Both the position numbers and the translations under genes were made by a program. 64,000 nt of DNA from the IMG/VR virus record IMGVR_UViG_3300034110_001129. One strand, written 5' to 3'. Each line of letters opens with the position of its first letter. Position 1 is the stretch's first letter. Below the pieces are notes generated by a model. That model worked only from the letters and a program-made list of their open reading frames with translations. It ran no database searches and was not told the origin of the DNA. This document shows positions 19,761 to 29,576 of this stretch, piece by piece. The DNA is from an uncultured virus (IMG/VR IMGVR_UViG_3300034110_001129) (taxonomy: Duplodnaviria; Heunggongvirae; Uroviricota; Caudoviricetes).

Positions 19761-20960
19761 TTACCATTTTTTCTTTTTGCTGGCGTCACTGAACACAATG
19801 TTGTAAGTGTCGCACTCATCAAACTCTGGGTATTCAAATCGGTCATCTTGATAATGAATGATTTTAGCCCCTACGGAGTGTTCACGTTCATTGTCGCGTT
19901 TAATAATGTTGCTCAATGAGTCGGTCAAAAAGTCAACACGGGTTAATGCATTGTAATTATGACCGATGGTCAACACTTTATCACGAAAGTCACGACGAAT
20001 GTTAGTAGCGTCATAGACCACTTTGTTCTTTTTAGCCAACAAGGTCTTAATTTTCAAACGAGCCACCTGCAGAACTTTGTCTTCATTGGTGTGATCCTGT
20101 CTATTCTTGCCCAAATCGGCCCGAATTTCATCAAGAGATACCAAAACATGAGTAGGATACTTCTGCTTGATATAAGTCGATTTACCAACACCACTGATAC
20201 CTGTCATCACAACCAGTTCACCATGCTCATCTTTATGAGCAAAGAATTTGCTTTCAGCTTCTTCTGGCATATGGATTGTGCCATTCAGCAAAGCTTTAAA
20301 CCCTTTCATTTGAACATATTCGTTATCACTGATTACAGGAAGCTTAGCGGAATCATAGCAACCATGTTCCTGAGCATACAATTTGAACAGTTCAAGGTAT
20401 TCCAATTGATTATCAAGGTCATCACTTGTGCGGCCTTTCATGTCAGCAATTTCAAGGTAATACAACAGATCCAAACGGGCTTTCTGAGAAAGATTGTAGT
20501 ATTCCCACTGACTTTTATCACGCATAATCATCAATTTAGGCACTTGGTGATATCCAACAAGACCTAAAATTTTCATGATATTTTCTTGTGAAATATTCAA
20601 GGATTGAATACGGTGAATAAGGTAAGAAATACCAATGTATTCATGTTTTGGTGCTACCACACAAATACGACCATTACGTTCTACGTCTTTTGTGACCAAC
20701 GGTTTAGCAATGTCATGGAGCAAAGCACCAATCACCAATGAAAACTTATCATCATCACTGAGATGAGACGCTTCATTTGCAATGATATTATAGGTTTGAT
20801 CCAACACCATATCAGTGTGAATGTGAACATCACCTTCGGCGTGCCAGATTTTATCTTGATGAGTATCTTTGAATTTTGTGAGCAAAGGGAATTTATCACC
20901 AATCATCTCAATAAATTGGCTAACATTGTAATGGTTTTTTAAAATATCTTGAATATCCAT
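19761..20960 (-). CDS. HD phosphohydrolase fused to an AAA_33/PNK-like P-loop kinase
   Basis: WHAEGDVHIHT, ALLHDIAKP, AD.KGR; Walker A GISGVGKST, SLDEIR, YDATN. Confidence 0.85.
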   Translation of the reverse strand: MDIQDILKNHYNVSQFIEMIGDKFPLLTKFKDTHQDKIWHAEGDVHIHTDMVLDQTYNIIANEASHLSDDDKFSLVIGALLHDIAKPLVTKDVERNGRICVVAPKHEYIGISYLIHRIQSLNISQENIMKILGLVGYHQVPKLMIMRDKSQWEYYNLSQKARLDLLYYLEIADMKGRTSDDLDNQLEYLELFKLYAQEHGCYDSAKLPVISDNEYVQMKGFKALLNGTIHMPEEAESKFFAHKDEHGELVVMTGISGVGKSTYIKQKYPTHVLVSLDEIRADLGKNRQDHTNEDKVLQVARLKIKTLLAKKNKVVYDATNIRRDFRDKVLTIGHNYNALTRVDFLTDSLSNIIKRDNEREHSVGAKIIHYQDDRFEYPEFDECDTYNIVFSDASKKKKW

Positions 20961-21057
20961 GATAACGCCCTTCTCTAAATTTTTACAATTATACCTTAAA
21001 TTGAGTAAAAGATCAATGTTTAAAAGCGTTTGAGTTTATTTTGAATTGAAGTTCAAC

Positions 21058-21080
21058 AAAAAAGGAGCCGAAGCTCCCTT
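21058..21080 (-). terminator. UUCG-tetraloop intrinsic terminator
   Basis: Minus strand GGAGC-TTCG-GCTCC-TTTTTT. Confidence 0.8.
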
Positions 21081-21106
21081 GTAAACAACAATAACGATGA
21101 TGACTG

Positions 21107-22168
21107 TTAATCATCTGAATCAATTGCAGAAGCATCAATATCATTCAATTTTGCCATTAAAGCAATCAAGATTTCATCATTTTTATCAATAACTACATCG
21201 TCTATCTCAGCATAACCACATTCAAAATGATCGATAGTTGATTGAACTGTTAAATCAGCATAGCAGTTACGAAGCACCTTATAACCTTCAGTATCGCATT
21301 CTTGACCTGCATAAACAGATTCAGCCCACGGCATATTAATGCCTGCCATGAAGTTACTGAAGAACTTAACTTTGTGAGCGTTCAAGACTTCCTCTTCACC
21401 TAAATCTGTTAAATTTGGATTAATTTGGTGTGCTTTAAGGAATGCATATTCACCATAATCAGGGCCACTCAATTTATCTTGATATTCTCTATCACGGGTA
21501 TACTGCAAAATACGGATATCAGCACTTGGTTTAAAAGATACTTCATCTTGCCCCTGAGCAATATGGTCAGCTAACTCTTCTGCAGTAAGTTCATCAATAC
21601 GTCGATTGTAATCTACCAAGATCGCTTCTGCTTTTTCTTTTCGATCTTTAATTTCTTTCATTTTGCTAGCAAAATAATGTTCAAATCCATAATGACCATA
21701 ATTATCTGGTTTATATTCTTTAATAGTTGGATCAAGTTGACCATAAATAGTGTAGTCAGAAATAATACGATCAAACACTTTTTTATGAATAGCCACAAAG
21801 CTCACACGACCTAGATCACATGAACGATTTTCATGACAAACATCAAAGAAAGTATCCCAAGTAAAATTTTCAAGGTCAATAGGTTCTTCTTCATCATCTT
21901 TACGACGCCTTCCACCTCTTAAACCATTTTCAATCGCACTGGCAACCAAACCTAAAACACGATCAGACATGGGTGATTCTTCAACTTCAAATTGACCGTA
22001 GTCATGGTATTTGGCATTAATAAAAAGCGGAAAAATAGAACAGTTGTCATGCATATAAACAGGACGCTCCCCACTGTATTTGACAAAGATAGGGATAAGA
22101 ACAGCGTCCTCTTGTTCACCACAAAACGGGTGACGTGTTACTGCACAGTTAAGATAAAAAGAACCCAT
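21107..22168 (-). CDS. Hypothetical phage-type protein
   Basis: 353 aa; second gene of an operon with 22174-22725. Confidence 0.8.
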   Translation of the reverse strand: MGSFYLNCAVTRHPFCGEQEDAVLIPIFVKYSGERPVYMHDNCSIFPLFINAKYHDYGQFEVEESPMSDRVLGLVASAIENGLRGGRRRKDDEEEPIDLENFTWDTFFDVCHENRSCDLGRVSFVAIHKKVFDRIISDYTIYGQLDPTIKEYKPDNYGHYGFEHYFASKMKEIKDRKEKAEAILVDYNRRIDELTAEELADHIAQGQDEVSFKPSADIRILQYTRDREYQDKLSGPDYGEYAFLKAHQINPNLTDLGEEEVLNAHKVKFFSNFMAGINMPWAESVYAGQECDTEGYKVLRNCYADLTVQSTIDHFECGYAEIDDVVIDKNDEILIALMAKLNDIDASAIDSDD

Positions 22169-22173
22169 AATTA

Positions 22174-22725
22174 TTAATCTCCAGTTGGTGTTTCGTTAGT
22201 TGTCTCAATTTGTTTTAGTTCATGGCTTTCATTGAAACCATCATTTACTGTTTTAATAATGTTACCACCTTGAACAAAGATTTCACCATTGTCATCATTT
22301 TCTTCACCTTGATAGGTCAGTTTGTCATCAGTAGTAAAGGTTACACCCCATTTGACCAGCATATTATCATGGATATAAATTAACCACTCAAAATAAGCAT
22401 AGAATTTTTCAGCACCATTCCATTCAAGAGCTGTCAAGTCTTCTGAAACAACCCACTGGCACCAAAGTCCCGGTTGTGTAGATGGCGGTGAATTATGATC
22501 AAGAATGGAACGATCTCTATGACCATAATCAAACACACAAAATTCGCCTTCAATGCCAATAGGTAAATTCACCGATTCACGAACGGGGTCATCAAATTCT
22601 TTACAAATGTTAGCGTCTCGCCCCATACGTCGAGTGTCAGAAAATTGATTAATGTAGTGAGCTTCCTCTTCTTTTAGAGGTCTTGATAAATGTATTTTAC
22701 CTTCAAAGTCAGTTGTATATCCCAT
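22174..22725 (-). CDS. Conserved-looking phage-type hypothetical protein
   Basis: MGYTTDFEG ... QPGLWCQW ... WNGAEKFY..EWL; AGGAG RBS. Confidence 0.75.
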   Translation of the reverse strand: MGYTTDFEGKIHLSRPLKEEEAHYINQFSDTRRMGRDANICKEFDDPVRESVNLPIGIEGEFCVFDYGHRDRSILDHNSPPSTQPGLWCQWVVSEDLTALEWNGAEKFYAYFEWLIYIHDNMLVKWGVTFTTDDKLTYQGEENDDNGEIFVQGGNIIKTVNDGFNESHELKQIETTNETPTGD

Positions 22726-22773
22726 AAGTTCTCCTATTCAGTGAAAACAGAAAAGCCCCCGAAGAGGCTTCCG

Positions 22774-23322
22774 TTATTTTTTTGCATTCTTATAAAGTTG
22801 GTTGACCACTTCCCAGTCAGGTGAAGCACCATCCCACATATCCCAAGCAGGATGTTTTGCTTTTGCGTCTTCAAGACGTTGAACAGTGACAGTTTCAAAA
22901 GCCGCGAAGTCTTCTTTCATCATTTCGTAAACATTAGATGGAAGCTGTTCTTCTGCCAGTTTGTAATATGCAGCCACATCAGGATGACTAGAATGTTTTT
23001 TCAACAGACGCTGAAATTCTTTAACATTCTTTTCAAGCCGTGCATACAGTGGAGCCAATACATTATAAGCGTGAAGGTTGAACCCCAGCTTATAGACAAC
23101 TCGCATTTCTGGATAATCACCCAACATACGACACTGAGCATCATACAGTTCATTGAGAGCAGGAGAAACAGTGTTCATTCGTTTTACAAATGACATAGAT
23201 GCCTTACGTTTTTCTTGGTCATCAGCACCAGTAGGTTCAAAGTTGAATTCCAAGACAGCAACTGGGTTCAGTCGATAGCTTTGAACAAAAAACTGAAACA
23301 ATTCAAGAGATTTATATTGCAT
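22774..23322 (-). CDS. Hypothetical protein
   Basis: 182 aa, promoter TGATATAAT upstream, terminator at 22751-22770. Confidence 0.75.
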   Translation of the reverse strand: MQYKSLELFQFFVQSYRLNPVAVLEFNFEPTGADDQEKRKASMSFVKRMNTVSPALNELYDAQCRMLGDYPEMRVVYKLGFNLHAYNVLAPLYARLEKNVKEFQRLLKKHSSHPDVAAYYKLAEEQLPSNVYEMMKEDFAAFETVTVQRLEDAKAKHPAWDMWDGASPDWEVVNQLYKNAKK

Positions 23323-23397
23323 GATGGACTTCCTATTAAAATGAGTTGATGGATTATATCATTTATTGCAAATACGGTCAATTAAAATAATTGATGA

Positions 23398-23511
23398 TTA
23401 CTTTTTAAAATAATCTTTTGAAAAACGGCTGATTTTTATGGTGTTTCATCAAAGGTCATAGCCTGAACAGAACAGGAACGCCAGAATGGAAAAAGAAATA
23501 GATTTAAACAT
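23398..23511 (-). pseudogene. Possible remnant of a secreted-protein gene (or 20-aa peptide MFKSISFSILAFLFCSGYDL)
   Basis: Promoter TTGCTT-N17-TATAAT (23567-23539) and GAGG RBS precede a signal-peptide-like ORF that stops at 23449. Confidence 0.35.
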
Positions 23512-23619
23512 TGAATCGCCTCTTTATAATTGAGCAAAATTATAGCACTATTTACAAAACGAAGCAACGAATTTATTCGATAAAAAAGAGCCTTTCGGCT
23601 CTTAAATTAAGGTTTCATG

Positions 23620-23781
23620 TTATAAGTCATCAAGAGACTTAAGGTCTACGGTCGGTCTTTTTTTTCGCTTGTCTTTTTCTGGATTTGATCTTACTGTCAA
23701 AAAATAGAAAAAACTTAACGGCACAAGCGATGTAAGCAGTATTACCATTATGGCTAAATTAGTAAAAAAATAATTATCCAT
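23620..23781 (-). CDS. Small single-TM protein
   Basis: 53 aa from the ATG after a GGAGG RBS; TM followed by a basic tail. Confidence 0.65.
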   Translation of the reverse strand: MDNYFFTNLAIMVILLTSLVPLSFFYFLTVRSNPEKDKRKKRPTVDLKSLDDL

Positions 23782-23835
23782 AGTAACCTCCAACAACAAT
23801 TGGTTACCCCTATTATAACATTTTATATCCAAAAA

Positions 23836-24210
23836 TCAAATCCAGTCAGATTGAGTCAATTCTGGAAGGCCGTGTTTTGCCCTTGCACGGTCACATCGAG
23901 GCTCTTTTACACCAAACTGAAATGAACCATCAAAGTCTCGGCAAGAACTAGACCTTGTTTCATATTTACTGCATTGACTGTCTTTACCAATGGTGCCTAC
24001 AAGGTTAACACAACGAGGGTTGTTGGCTGTGTCAGTGCCTTTCATGGCAATAAGGTGAGGTTGAGTGATAGGAACGGTGTCTTCATCTGGGACTGTGCCA
24101 CCTGCTGATTGTGCTTCGAGCCAGTGAAAGGAAACTCGAAAAAAAGCACAACAGGCACCACAGCCTACGCAGGGATTTTTTTCTTTGCTCGTAACAATAA
24201 TGTCAGTCAT
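23836..24210 (-). CDS. YkgJ-family CxxCxxCC cysteine-cluster protein
   Basis: NPCVGCGACCAFFRVSFHW, RCVNLVG.IG, CSKYETRSSSCRDF, CDRAR. Confidence 0.88.
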   Translation of the reverse strand: MTDIIVTSKEKNPCVGCGACCAFFRVSFHWLEAQSAGGTVPDEDTVPITQPHLIAMKGTDTANNPRCVNLVGTIGKDSQCSKYETRSSSCRDFDGSFQFGVKEPRCDRARAKHGLPELTQSDWI

Positions 24211-24310
24211 TGCAGCCTCCAAAATAATTTAGTTGAAGCATTATACTACTTTTACAACAGACACACAACAAAAAACCCCATTCAAGGGGCTTTTTTAATC
24301 ACATTTTAAC

Positions 24311-24955
24311 TTAACTCAACGCTTCAAAAACAGACTGAGTAATGACACGTAGTTCACCTACACCATCAATACTGGAAAAGTTAATGCGACCTTCTTTGCC
24401 TTCTTGGGCATAGTATTCAACGACAGGCATTGTCTTTTCAGCATACGTGCTAAGACGTGGAAGAATCACTTCCGCCGTGTCATCTTTACGTTGAATAAGT
24501 GGCTCACCTGTTTCATCATCCAGACCATCAACTTTTGGCTTATTAAAGATCTTGTGATACACACGGCCAGAAGGTTCATGAACAAGACGGCCAGTGATGC
24601 GTTCAACAATTAAATCAAAGGGAACGCGAATTTCAATCACATTATCAACGTGAATGCCCATCTTATTCAGTTTGAGTGCTTGTGCATGTGTGCGTGGAAA
24701 TCCATCAAGAATGAAGCCATTTTGACAGTCTGCTTGTGCAATACGGTCTTCAATCATTTCAATAATCATTTCATCGGAAACAAATTGACCATTATCAATC
24801 AGGGAAGCAATCAAAAGACCACGTTCACTACCACTTTCTTTTTCCAGACGCAACATATCGCCAGTCGAAATGTGGGGAATGCCAAATTTTTCTGAAATAA
24901 ATTTCGCTTGCGTGCCTTTACCAGAGCCGGGAGCACCGAGTAAAACAATTTTCAT
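24311..24955 (-). CDS. adk: Adenylate kinase (214 aa, long non-zinc LID)
   Basis: GAPGSGKGTQ, HISTGDMLR, GFILDGFPRT, GRLVHEPSGRVYH...DDETGEPLIQRKDD; start after GGAGG. Confidence 0.97.
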   Translation of the reverse strand: MKIVLLGAPGSGKGTQAKFISEKFGIPHISTGDMLRLEKESGSERGLLIASLIDNGQFVSDEMIIEMIEDRIAQADCQNGFILDGFPRTHAQALKLNKMGIHVDNVIEIRVPFDLIVERITGRLVHEPSGRVYHKIFNKPKVDGLDDETGEPLIQRKDDTAEVILPRLSTYAEKTMPVVEYYAQEGKEGRINFSSIDGVGELRVITQSVFEALS

Positions 24956-24982
24956 ATGTAGACCTCCATTGAATAGATAAAT

Positions 24983-25011
24983 ATTATAGCAAAAAAAATA
25001 AAACATATCAA
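24983..25011 (-). promoter_or_regulatory. Sigma70 extended -10 promoter (adk)
   Basis: TTGATA-N17-TATAAT with TGC preceding the -10. Confidence 0.7.
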
Positions 25012-25062
25012 ACCAATTAACGGTTAACCTATGTTTTTTTAGAGAATCGTCTGTGTTAGCTA

Positions 25063-26271
25063 CTAAAACATAGTCATTTCAATCACTTTAAGATCTTGAA
25101 CGCAAACATTATTAGGCTCAGTTGATAAAATATAACAAATATCTTCTGTAATAAATGAAAACACTAAATCATAAACTTGTTGCAAAGTAGAAAATGTATA
25201 ATTATCTAAAATATTATCACTAAAATTAGTTGTCACAACCTCAATAACTTTACCCAGTCTAAATGAGTAATCACCTACATCTATTTCATAGAAAAAGTCA
25301 TTTTCTAAAATTTTAACTTTATTCACGTTAAATAAATTACGACGCATGAAGACAAAATAATTAACGTCTGATAACATTATGTTTTGGTGAAATGCAGCCA
25401 TTGAAATAATTTGAATCAAAAGCCTAATATCGTTTTCAATCATTGATTCTTTGAGAAGATTTTTTAAAACACTAATGCTATCAATACAAAGAGAAATTTT
25501 ATAATAATCACTATTTTCGGCATTGAAAATATGAATATCTCCTCTTTCTAATTTATCTAAACCAAGTTTTATATTATCTTGCGAAATGATGTTTATAGTA
25601 CGTTCATCGAAGCCTTGTAGAAATGCAGTATTAGAAACTGGTTTAACACTAGAATCTTTATATATCCTATCAATTAGAAATGGAATACTTTCCTTTCTAA
25701 TAGATCGAATGACATTAGTCGTAATAATTGCATCTTTTTCATCAAAATAGATATCAAGTTTGTTTTTAAATTCATCTAAAACACCCTTATATACAGTTTC
25801 AAAGTCAGTGTTTTCAAGTGAAACATAATCAATATGCCTACTGGAAAAACTAATCTTATTATTAGCTCTTTTAGAAATTTTAAAATAATCAGTAATCGCG
25901 GTAACAGAAGGGTTCAGGATATTGAAACCATATCCATTATTCTCAACGAATGTTCCGTCTGAAAATAAATCATCAATAAATTTAATAAAAGTATCTAACT
26001 GATTAATTTGAGAACGTGTCCATGATGGAAAGGCTATCGAATAAAACAATTCAATATTATCAAATTTATAATTATAAATACCACCTCTATGATTTAAGAA
26101 AGAGCTATAATTCCCCCATAAAAATGAATTCGAATTTTCAATCTTGAAATCAAAATTTATGGCCGACTGTTCTTTAAATTCTTCAGTCAATCCTTGGCTA
26201 ATCAAAAAAAGACGTAATTTTTCTGGTTCGATTGAAATTTCATCTAAAGTAGGTATCATGTCATTTCTCAT
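25063..26271 (-). CDS. C-terminal MxxF-tag family protein (paralog of 35695-36912)
   Basis: Ends VCVQDLKVIEMTMF. Confidence 0.8.
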   Translation of the reverse strand: MRNDMIPTLDEISIEPEKLRLFLISQGLTEEFKEQSAINFDFKIENSNSFLWGNYSSFLNHRGGIYNYKFDNIELFYSIAFPSWTRSQINQLDTFIKFIDDLFSDGTFVENNGYGFNILNPSVTAITDYFKISKRANNKISFSSRHIDYVSLENTDFETVYKGVLDEFKNKLDIYFDEKDAIITTNVIRSIRKESIPFLIDRIYKDSSVKPVSNTAFLQGFDERTINIISQDNIKLGLDKLERGDIHIFNAENSDYYKISLCIDSISVLKNLLKESMIENDIRLLIQIISMAAFHQNIMLSDVNYFVFMRRNLFNVNKVKILENDFFYEIDVGDYSFRLGKVIEVVTTNFSDNILDNYTFSTLQQVYDLVFSFITEDICYILSTEPNNVCVQDLKVIEMTMF

Positions 26272-26380
26272 TAAATTTGGAAATATATTATATCAAAAAA
26301 ATGAAAATAATTCAACAATACTTAAACAAAAAAGCCAAAAATTTCATTACAAAAAGTCTGGCTACTTGTGTTGCATTGAG

Positions 26381-26632
26381 TTATTGAGTGCGAGTTTGAA
26401 TTTCTTTGTCGGTATTCCCCATGCGATAGACAATAGAAATACAATCAAGCGAAATACTTCTTTTTACTGCTTGGAGCAAGAATTCCTCAATAATGGTAAA
26501 ACTACCATAAGAAGACTTAAAAACTCCTTCGCGTTCATAGGCATCTAGACAACCACTGACAGATGAAGATACTTTCGCTGTTGGCATGGTACATCCAGAT
26601 TCGGGATCATAAATCAAAATCATTTTTTTCAA
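26381..26632 (-). CDS. Hypothetical protein
   Basis: 83 aa, AAGGAG RBS. Confidence 0.6.
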   Translation of the reverse strand: MKKMILIYDPESGCTMPTAKVSSSVSGCLDAYEREGVFKSSYGSFTIIEEFLLQAVKRSISLDCISIVYRMGNTDKEIQTRTQ

Positions 26633-26646
26633 TGTTAAACTCCTTC

Positions 26647-26940
26647 TTAAAGCGTTTCAAATCCACCAATTTTACAAGCTGATTTTTCAATCAACCCTTC
26701 AACAACCTTAACAAGATTGCCTTCACCACCAGCCTGATAGGCTCGTTTTAGATCTTCGATGACTTGATTAACAATATCCATACGTTTAAGGTCATCATCC
26801 ACTTTCAGTAGAAGCCCATTGAGAAACTTTTTCTCACCAAACATATATTGAGTCAATACGTGTTGAATACCTGTTGAACCTTTTTGCATAATTGCAGAGC
26901 TAATGTCGGTTGAAAATTCTTTTGCTGTGACCTGTTTCAT
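26647..26940 (-). CDS. Hypothetical protein
   Basis: 97 aa, AGGAG RBS. Confidence 0.7.
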   Translation of the reverse strand: MKQVTAKEFSTDISSAIMQKGSTGIQHVLTQYMFGEKKFLNGLLLKVDDDLKRMDIVNQVIEDLKRAYQAGGEGNLVKVVEGLIEKSACKIGGFETL

Positions 26941-26966
26941 CTAATTCTCCTAATGTTATTAAATAT

Positions 26967-27398
26967 TTATTTTTTAATTCTATATGTTTGATAAGCCATT
27001 TTATTAAATCGCCATTCCAACATAATTTTTTCAAATTTACCCAATTTTTTAGTTGCCAGTGAATCAACTTTAACTTCAACACGGATGCGAGTTTTCAAAC
27101 GTCCATTGACTTTTTTAGTCGCCTTCTGCACTTCACCATTAACAAGAATATCATAGGTGTCGTCCACACGAGCATCATATTCGACATCCGTGACTAGGAA
27201 ATAATCTGAATGATGGTGTTTCGATTCTTCCAAATCAGTGTTTGAAATCGTCGCCGCATAGCCATACTCACGCTTAACCGCAAACAATACAGCTTTTTGA
27301 AGATTAAGTGTATCAAATTCATAAGCAGCATGACGTGTGAATACTTTCTTAAATTCAGTATTGGCATCAATATTTTGAATAGTTACTTTGGTTAGCAT
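26967..27398 (-). CDS. Hypothetical protein
   Basis: 143 aa, operonic spacing. Confidence 0.7.
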   Translation of the reverse strand: MLTKVTIQNIDANTEFKKVFTRHAAYEFDTLNLQKAVLFAVKREYGYAATISNTDLEESKHHHSDYFLVTDVEYDARVDDTYDILVNGEVQKATKKVNGRLKTRIRVEVKVDSLATKKLGKFEKIMLEWRFNKMAYQTYRIKK

Positions 27399-27400
27399 GG

Positions 27401-27886
27401 TTATTTTACCTTAAACGTTTTTTTCAATTCTGGGTATTCTGCTTCAATCACATCAATACTAGCTTGATATTCAGTTAAAAGCAATGACTGTTTGGTTAAA
27501 AATTTTTGCTTAATCACTGAGAATGCAAAACCAAAGGTGTCGGCTGATGGAACTTTGTCCGCTGCCGAAGGTTCTGTATACTCTGGATAAGTTTCGGCCA
27601 TGATATCAAAAGGCGACATACGACCAAAAATACGAACATCTTTGATTTCACTCCAGTTCTCTACTGTTGGCTGGTTGGCAAACGCCAGTAAAAGACGGTA
27701 AGTGGGTTCTGACAGTGCTCCAAAAGAGTTGTGACAGCCACTAAAACGACGATGGGTATTTGAATTATCAAGAATAAGTTCTTGATTGTGTAGCAAGGCA
27801 GATCGTTTTTCTAAAAGCTCCGCATAGAACTCGACAGTGGCAATGTCTGCTTTATGACGCACTGGGAAATGAAGGACTTTTGACAT
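27401..27886 (-). CDS. Hypothetical protein
   Basis: 161 aa, GGAG RBS. Confidence 0.7.
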   Translation of the reverse strand: MSKVLHFPVRHKADIATVEFYAELLEKRSALLHNQELILDNSNTHRRFSGCHNSFGALSEPTYRLLLAFANQPTVENWSEIKDVRIFGRMSPFDIMAETYPEYTEPSAADKVPSADTFGFAFSVIKQKFLTKQSLLLTEYQASIDVIEAEYPELKKTFKVK

Positions 27887-27964
27887 ACAATAACTCCGTT
27901 TTTTAGTTTAGTGTATCATAGCATAAATTCATTAACATTTAAAGTTTTATTTAAAATTTCCGTT

Positions 27965-28714
27965 TTAAATATCCACCATTTTTTGAACAGTAATATAAGC
28001 CAATAAATCATCATAATCCAATGAAAGCATTTCATCCATAGCAACGACATCCATTTTAAATTTTGTTTTTTGTATATGATATAAGAAAAATTCTTGAAAT
28101 AACTTTAATCGTAAAGGTTTCATATCATCAAAAGGGATAAAATTATAATCATATGCAATCCTATATCCATTTTTCTGAATTTTTAAAAGTGACTTACCTT
28201 TACTGTAAAATGATGCAGTAGGTGTGTGAGCATAAACACCTATAGTAAAAGTAGGATAATTAGATAATGATTTCAGTGCATAATGATGGTTATCATAAAC
28301 AACTGTTCCCGTCACCAAACAAAAAGTTTCGTAAAATAAAGCAACTTCATAATCCACATCAAAAGGAAAATCATTATTAATTTTATTGACTTCAATCAAC
28401 TCTTGTTCCAAATACTTATTTCGAACAAAGTTATTGAAAATATGCAAATCCTCGGTTTTAACAGAAATGCTAAAATTGACAATTTCATCTCGATTTTTTT
28501 CATCTGGCTCTAATTTCATGCCTAATGGATAATAACTTTTATCAAGGACACACGACATCAGTTTTAACGTGACTTCTTGTCCTTCAAAAACAGTGAAAAT
28601 ATTATAATGAGGATAGCTTTCTTTTAATGAAACAACAGAAATGAAGCTTCTGATAGTAAATCCATAGTTTACTAATTGTTCTATAATTTTATTCTTCGCT
28701 TCATTATTTAACAT
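27965..28714 (-). CDS. C-terminal tag family, VQxMxxI subfamily
   Basis: Ends LSLDYDDLLAYITVQKMVDI. Confidence 0.8.
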   Translation of the reverse strand: MLNNEAKNKIIEQLVNYGFTIRSFISVVSLKESYPHYNIFTVFEGQEVTLKLMSCVLDKSYYPLGMKLEPDEKNRDEIVNFSISVKTEDLHIFNNFVRNKYLEQELIEVNKINNDFPFDVDYEVALFYETFCLVTGTVVYDNHHYALKSLSNYPTFTIGVYAHTPTASFYSKGKSLLKIQKNGYRIAYDYNFIPFDDMKPLRLKLFQEFFLYHIQKTKFKMDVVAMDEMLSLDYDDLLAYITVQKMVDI

Positions 28715-28734
28715 GAATTGTCCTCATTTTAGTA

Positions 28735-29556
28735 TTAAATCTGTATCATTTTCTGAACTTCAATATATTTTACGAAGTCATCAATGTCAAGTTCACACAA
28801 TTCTTGCTTGGTCATGTCTTCAATATTAAAATTAAACAAATCAGAGTAGGCAAAAAAGAGTTCATGAAAAGACAAGTTCTGAAACTTAGTTAAATTAATT
28901 TGATTAAACGGTATTAAATCATCATTGATATGAGCATCACTGATCGCTGCCTTCTTAGATGTAATATAATTAAACTTATCACCAAACAAAAAAAAGTTAA
29001 ACAAAACAGCTCGTATTTGTTTATCCCGTTTTTCATTGAAAAATGTACTACATAAATTACCAACCAAATAAGGATTATCACTCACAGTCTTTACGTTAAA
29101 CCATCCCTTTTCCTTTTTAAGAACACCAATAATAGGAATGACATTTGTATATAATAAATAAAGTCTACTGTCTATACCTAATGAAAACTGTTTATTTACA
29201 GCATTCATAGATTGAACAATAGGATTATCATTTATGTAATAACTTAGTATTTCAACTAATTCTACATTCTTAGATTCAATACTAAGCGTGAAGTCATAAT
29301 CATCAATAAACTCATCAGCTTCAATATTGAGCTGAATATTAGAGAGTGCAACATGAGTGCGTAAAGTAGTCGGGTGCCTCATTTGCCTAGAGATAGTCAG
29401 CAACATTTCAAAGCCTTTATTTTCGCACACACAAATTAATGTGTAATAAAAGTAATTGTAGGCATTCTGTTGAGCTTCTACAATACGATAACACTCAATA
29501 TTGTAGCGTTCTTTTAGAAGCTTTTTAATGTGTTTTTTACATTTTTCCGTAAGCAT
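28735..29556 (-). CDS. C-terminal tag family, VQxMxxI subfamily
   Basis: Ends ELDIDDFVKYIEVQKMIQI. Confidence 0.8.
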   Translation of the reverse strand: MLTEKCKKHIKKLLKERYNIECYRIVEAQQNAYNYFYYTLICVCENKGFEMLLTISRQMRHPTTLRTHVALSNIQLNIEADEFIDDYDFTLSIESKNVELVEILSYYINDNPIVQSMNAVNKQFSLGIDSRLYLLYTNVIPIIGVLKKEKGWFNVKTVSDNPYLVGNLCSTFFNEKRDKQIRAVLFNFFLFGDKFNYITSKKAAISDAHINDDLIPFNQINLTKFQNLSFHELFFAYSDLFNFNIEDMTKQELCELDIDDFVKYIEVQKMIQI

Positions 29557-29576
29557 GGCAAGCCTCTTTAAAATTG

